A stretch of 64,000 bases of DNA from Marsupella aquatica (Eukaryota; Plantae; Marchantiophyta): contig OZ316899.1 in NCBI GenBank assembly GCA_973895155.1, positions 13,147,934 through 13,211,933 of the forward strand. The letters are read 5' to 3'. Under the pieces are notes generated by a model. That model saw nothing but the letters and a program-made list of their open reading frames with translations, had not been told where the DNA came from and did no database searches. Both the position numbers and the translations under genes were made by a program. This document shows positions 58,460-64,000 of the stretch, piece by piece (within the stretch, counting starts at the first letter, position 1; every line of letters begins with the position of its first letter).

Positions 58460-60539
58460 TGTCGCGTGGCCACTCCAATTATGAGGAGGAGGTGGTATAT
58501 GAAGTTGTATCTTATAAGGATTAGCAAGGTAGAAGTACTGAATAGAATAGTTAAAAAAAAATATGAAAATTTTAAAGTCCCCTATCTAGGAATGTTTAGG
58601 TTTAGTAACATGGAAAGCTCAAACCAAAGAGGAAAAGAAACCTTAGTAAAAACGGTAAAACGATTTAAGTGTTGTGAGGTATAGAACAACTGATACTTCA
58701 TTCCCTTCCATATCCTTACATATAGGCTATCCAATAGCCAGGCGGTTAGACAGTTAGTGTGGTCTAACCTGAGTAGGCGTAAACCTAGTTAACCTCATGT
58801 ATGGTCTGGTTAACTCGGGTTACAACACTCCCCCTTGGGTGTAACATGACCCGGGGAGAAAAAAAGGAATGTTGCACCCACCTCTAGCCTACTCTAAATG
58901 TGAAATGTGTATTCTGAGGTTTGTGGTTTGGGGGGAATGTAACCTCATTAAAACCCCCCCTCCTTTCTTGCTGGGGGGAAAGAGTGTTACCATTCCATCC
59001 CTAAAAACCTTATAATCATGGTTAAGTTATGAGTAATCGAGTTATTAGAGTTAAAGTGGTGTAAGGATGTCATATGCTATGTAACGTTATTGGAACTACT
59101 AAAGACCTAAATGTCTCGTGTGTGTTTTGAAAGTGAGAAAATTTGCGTGGCAATTTTTGGTGAGTGCAGTAGCGAGCATTTGGTGTTGTCTGCTAGAGTG
59201 TGAGGGTCGTCTTGAAGGAATGCATGTCGCGGAAGTTTCTCGTTTGTAGTTTTGGCATTCTATTGCTTTGAAGATCTTGAATGTGCTTTGGTTGGATGAA
59301 GGGCGGACTCGTGTCTGAGATGATCGATGTGCGGTGCTAGATTTCTTCACGTGAGATGGTTGACGCGCGTTGTGGTCCTGGTCGTCTGTGAGATGTCGAG
59401 GGGCAATGGACTCACCTTTCTTCCTGAAGAAGTGATGCTGGGCCTAGGCATGTTTGTCACAAGGTCGGTGATTTTCGGTGGGAGGTGTCTGCAGCTGCAT
59501 TGTTGGTGGTCGTTCTTGCTGAGGTCGGGCGATTATTCTCTGTTCAATTCGCTTTTGTGCGATTGGAGTGTCGGGGAGCGGATGTGGCAAACTATGGCCA
59601 GTAGGATTTGTTCCCGATTGCTTTATAGGCGAGGTTTCGTGTCACGTCATCAGCCTTGGCCTTAACTCGGGCTTCAGCTTTAAACGGGCACATCCTTCGT
59701 AAATATGAGGGTTCGGGCAGGGAGGGAAGAATGTAATGCACCTAATTCACGTAAACTAGCGCTAAGTGTGCCTACTGTTAGATACAGACATCTCCTAGGT
59801 ATGGTTTGTATTCTGCCACCGGAACGTACCTTAGTCGATAACAGGATCAACCCCGGCTTAAGGACTTCTAAGCCTTTGTGTTGTCCACCTTCGATCCGGA
59901 TTCAATGATACAGGTCCTCAACCCGTGCTCGCAACCACATACCCGCAAGCTGCACCCCGTGCATGACTCGGGTAGTGCGTTCGGCCCGGTGTTGTCACCT
60001 ATACACGAGATTCACACACACATACATGCGCACAAGCATACAATCTCGATTTACACAAAGGAAATAATGGGAAAGGATTTTACTACATAGGGGACACATG
60101 CGTACACTTGGTTGACCCGACAGCTCCAGAATGAACAAGTTCAAGGCCAAGGGAGTACACTACAACGGAGCCTGGCTCCACACTCGCCCGGCGAGCTTAG
60201 TCCTACCCCCTCCCCTTGGTACTCTTTCACTCCCAGAGGTCGGGACTCCCCGCACATACCACGGATGTCCAACTCTGAGACTAAAAACCCCCTCCCTGCC
60301 TCTACCAAGGGGTGCACTAAATACTAAGGGCCGAGGAACGGAGTGTCCTCCCGGCCGAAGATTTGCTGACTTAGGTCCTAACTAATCTGACTGTCAGGCC
60401 AAAAAACGGCTGTGTCTTATTAGAAGATCCTAATTTACGCAGGCTGGACAGCATGGCAGTGCTGCTGTAACTAAGGCAGGTGCCTATCCCAATTGCCTGA
60501 CTTAGCTATTCCTAACCCTATTCTATTCCTACTCCGCCG

Positions 60540-63160
60540 CTAATGCCTGGCACGCTTGTCAGAGCCGCCCGAGTGGGAGCGGCCATCCCGCTGCTTACGA
60601 AGTTTGTCGTTGTCTGCCTTGAGGAGCTGGACCTGGTCCAGCAGAGATTCGTTCTCTCGCTTCGCCGCGTCTGTCTCCTCCGCTGCCTCCTGGCATGCCT
60701 CCTCCAGCTGCTGGGCGTCACTCATCAGCTTGCCCGCCAGCTGGTCCTGCTTCTCGGCTTTGGTTTGGAGCCGTGCCACTTTGGCCTGTAGCGTGGCTAT
60801 CTCCGTAGTGTCTCGCTGGGCCCGTTCTTTGGCCTCCTCCAGGTCTTTCGGCCAGATGACAGTTTGATTCAAACTATCAATCTGGTTCCGGAGTCATGCA
60901 ATCTCAGCCTCGTTCCCAGCTTTGGCCTGCTCGGCTAGGGCGGTAAGGGCGTGCGCCTTTACTAACAACTCATCGGCGGCTGCAACTTTGGATCGTAGTT
61001 GCAGAACCTCAGCCTCTTGAGCCGCAACTTCATTCTTTAGGTATACGGACTCCACCCGGTACCGCTCTATCCTCTGAAGGGCCTCTGACTGGGCCCGACC
61101 TGCCTTTACTACGGCAACTAACTCCTGATTGAAGAAACAGGCTACCTTCCGGGCCATGAACTCCCCGGTATCCCGGGCAATTTGATGAGAGAAATCTCCC
61201 AGAAGCCCATTCAGAAATGTACTCGGTATGAAGAGTTCCGGGTGGTCCAGGTTGTGCCTGTCCGGAGTTGGGCACGGGGCAGACGTCAACACGCGCGGGG
61301 GCCGGGGCAGTGACATCCAGCCCTGGGGACGTAATGTTGGAAGGGGTTGGAGTGTCCTCCTACAGCAATGTCCGGTGCTCCGGAATAGCCACCGGTGGGT
61401 AGTTGGGAGACCCGGGCTCGAGTAAGGCCTCTGCTATACTGACTTCTGTACTTAGCCCGACCTGTTGGATCGCATCTACGGTTGCGATAACCGACCCATC
61501 CGGTACCTCCTCGGTTACGACTACAGCTACTTGTGGAGGTGGGGTGGGTGAAGCTTGCGTGTCCGCTGGACTTCGGGCCTCGGGTTGGGGTCGTCTCTCC
61601 AAGGCCGGGAAAACCCACCTAGCTGGGACCAACTTTGTAACGTTGACACGGGGAAGGGTTCGTCGATCAAACCGAGCGTACCACTCAAGAATGATCTCAA
61701 TGTGGCTAGGGAAATATGCCTTCCCGCCAATGTACAACATCTTCCTTCCCCGCTCCATCTCTTCATGGAATTTCTTAGCGAAGTACGACGCCCACTTCCT
61801 AGGTTGATAGTTCTTGACCTGGATAACCTGGGCGGCGGAGATCTCCCCCCAGGGTTCCATCATGTGGAGGGCGTACCTTTGGAACTCCAGTCGCTCAGCT
61901 ATCTTGGGGATGAGGCAGGTCCTCATCACGAATCTGTTGTCCACTGCTCCCTCTGAGGGAAAACTTGAGGATTGGTACTTGGCTCCCTTGCCCCCGGGAG
62001 CCCGTGATTCGACTCGATGGTCACCTTCGGGTAATCTAAAGATCATCTTGAGCCGTTCTTCCGTGAGGGACATATTGCTTCCCCGCAGCCAAGTATGTTG
62101 ACGTGCGTCATCATAATTCTTGGCGAATTCCGTCATGTCCTCCCCGTAGTACCTGCAAGTGTTCCAGGGGAGAGAGGCGAGGTGCTCGAATCCCTGAGTC
62201 TTCAGGTACACCGCATGCTTGGGATGGAGGATGTTCTTATGCAAGTTTTCCCCCATGCGGTGCATTGTCACCTTGGCCACGGCTACCGTGGCCAATGGTA
62301 ACCCGGATGCAGTGGCGGGTTCCTTCCTCTTCTTCCCCCGTGACTGGCTCGGGGAGGGTGACACCTCCCCATCCTCTCTATCGGGCATAGGTAGTGCTAC
62401 CGCCGTTAGTATTGGGCCCGGGCGGCCACGGTCACCGTGTTGTCTGCTGGAGCCGCTCCTTGGGTCCGAGCATGGGGAGGGGACGATGTAGTGTCGGCCC
62501 CCTGAGTGTTTGCTCCTCTGGGCCGCCCGAGCAAGGGTGGGGTAGCCTCGTCGTCGTCGCTAAGGTCCACAGCGTTGATGACGGAGCGTACTTGTACTGC
62601 TGGCGGGGCGATCGGCGGTGGGGGTTGGCTAGGCTGAGACTGAGACTGAGACTGAGACTAAAGCTGAGCCTGAGTCTGAGTCTACGTTGGTGCGGGTACG
62701 GGTATGGGGTCGACTGGGCCGGCGCCGGCGGTTGCGGGTCTAGTTCCCATGAAGCTCTGCAGGTGCTGGTAGAAGTTCTCCAAAGCAAGTGCAGACGACC
62801 TTGTCGAACGGGTAGTGCTGGACTCGCTATTGATGATAGCCCGAACCTGAGCAAGGATGTGGTTGAAGTGATGTCGTTGCAAGTCCATCGTACCCAGGAT
62901 ATTGAAGACCTCGTCCGGAAGCCAAAGCAATGCTTCCCAAAAACCGATATATTTGTCTCCGTTGAAGAAGTACCCAGATACCTCTGCTGGTCGGTAAAGC
63001 TCGCTTTGAGACGGGTAGTCAAAGTTAAGGATGTAGTGGTGTCGTCCTGCTAGGCGGATGGCTCTCTCGTACTCGCGTTCAATTTCATATTGGCACGGGT
63101 TGGCGTGTTTCAATGAGTCGGCCAAGTGTCTTCCGGTAGATAGGAACTGCGTCCAGAATC
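60540..63160 (-). pseudogene. LTR-encoded accessory protein of F, frameshifted
   Basis: ORFs 62682-63125, 61360-62388, 60894-61316 and 60540-60872 give the same N-domain (FWTQFL..YIGFWEALLWLP), core (HLASLPWNTC..EF..IFRLP..ERLEFQRYALH..GGKAY) and coiled coil as B1/C/G. Confidence 0.85.
62633..62682 (+). repeat. Hexanucleotide microsatellite (CTGAGA/CTGAGY)n in the F LTR ORF linker
   Basis: ctgagactgagactgagactgagactaaagctgagcctgagtctgagtct. Confidence 0.85.
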
Positions 63161-63618
63161 AAATGGCCAAACTGGAGAGGATCGTGTGCGACATTCAGAG
63201 GAGATAGTAGTGGCGACTAAGAGCGAATGAGAGAGATGGGGTCAAAGCTGGCGCGTGGACTGATGGACTGGTGCACTACAAAGGGTCGGCTCCCTTGAGG
63301 GCTTGTTGATCCCCTGGCATCTCCTCATTGCCTATAGGCTGAACCGTTCACGCTCATAGTGTACCGGCCACTCCGCCAGTCTGAGTCACCGTGTGTCAGT
63401 GGACGCCTCCCGAAGTTTGTTATACGGACCCAAGGGAGGGGCCCCTCCACGCTCGTAACTCGGGCATGCGAATGGCGACGCGCCACTAGCCCAAACATGA
63501 ATTCCTCTTATTGACTAATGATTTCCTACTCATAATGGCTACCTAAATACTATCGTTATGCTAATCATAGTGACCTAAGAGACCCCTAACGCGCGTGCTA
63601 AGCATGGTTTAGACTGAA

Positions 63619-64000
63619 TTACTCATTACTCGCCGTACCGGCAGTAGCACATAGCTCCCTGCTTAATTGTGAAGCGTCCTCGCGAACATCACTCTCGGCG
63701 TCGTCGTCTTGATGGTGGTATTTCTTTACACGATCGTAACTGACTCGCGTGGGGAGTAAATCGCCGGCGTACGTCGCAAGCTCCAAAGATCCGTTATGGT
63801 AGATCTGATTGACTAGGAAGGGCCCTAACCAACGGGTATGAAGCTTCCCTGGAAACTGCATATACCGACTATCGTACAGAAGAACTAGATCGCCTGTCAC
63901 GACGTCAACCTTCTGTAGTCCTTTGTCGTGCTGTTTCTTGGAAGTTGCCTGCTTCATTACGGCGTGTCGAGTTGCTAGTAGCCGTGCCTCTTCTAAGGCT
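63619..64000 (-). CDS. Integrase C-terminus of F (partial), reading through the PPT into the LTR
   Basis: GDLVLLYDSRYMQFPGKLHTRWLGPF..RVSYDRVKKY..QLSRELCATAGTASNE*. Confidence 0.85.
   Translation of the reverse strand, partial: ALEEARLLATRHAVMKQATSKKQHDKGLQKVDVVTGDLVLLYDSRYMQFPGKLHTRWLGPFLVNQIYHNGSLELATYAGDLLPTRVSYDRVKKYHHQDDDAESDVREDASQLSRELCATAGTASNE

Larger units (their letters stand above)
50488..59639 (+). mobile_element. Athila-like gypsy element 'E' (5' LTR, gag-pol, 3' region), interrupted by F; 3' LTR outside window
   Basis: Putative LTR TGTGGAA...TTCCAC(T) at 50488-51695, tRNA-Asp PBS, and gag-pol closely related to C's. Confidence 0.8.
59640..64000 (-). mobile_element. Gypsy element 'F' (C-related): 4012-bp 3' LTR 59640-63651 plus integrase tail; remainder outside window
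   Basis: Minus strand: integrase C-terminus, PPT AAGCAGGGAGCTA, then LTR TGTGCT...GTGACA. The distal part is collinear with B1. Confidence 0.85.

Overview
Eukaryotic, transposon-saturated DNA. It has spliceosomal introns and gypsy/Mutator lineages that suggest a non-seed land plant (inference); I see no intact host gene. Left part (<1-10931): a degenerate Mutator-like (MULE) DNA transposon. It carries a GCM/MULE/SWIM transposase and a divergently oriented, intron-containing gene whose product looks like a ParB/Srx-fold domain fused to a beta-class N6A/N4C DNA-methyltransferase fold. Fifteen copies of a 15-bp palindrome TAGCGCC-N-GGCGCTA lie in its non-coding DNA, including every predicted intron. 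A neighbouring sister MULE fragment has its own palindrome variant, TAGCGA-NA-TCGCTA. The rest is a nested stack of Ty3/gypsy elements whose boundaries can be read from TG..CA ends, TSDs, PBS and PPT: B1 and B2 (13000-20841), a CACTA end (20852), host remnant H, element C (25645-50469, TSD CCGTC), G (26963-31058, TSD ACTAC) in C's 5' LTR, D (40598-48009, TSD GCGT) in C's 3' LTR, E (50488 onward) and F (59640 onward). The most unusual retro feature: in five related Athila-like elements (B1, B2, C, G, F) a large homologous protein gene lies inside ~3.8-4.5-kb LTRs. In C and F the PPT sits in the last codons of pol. G is a solo-LTR-like unit with an intact ~1206-aa ORF.
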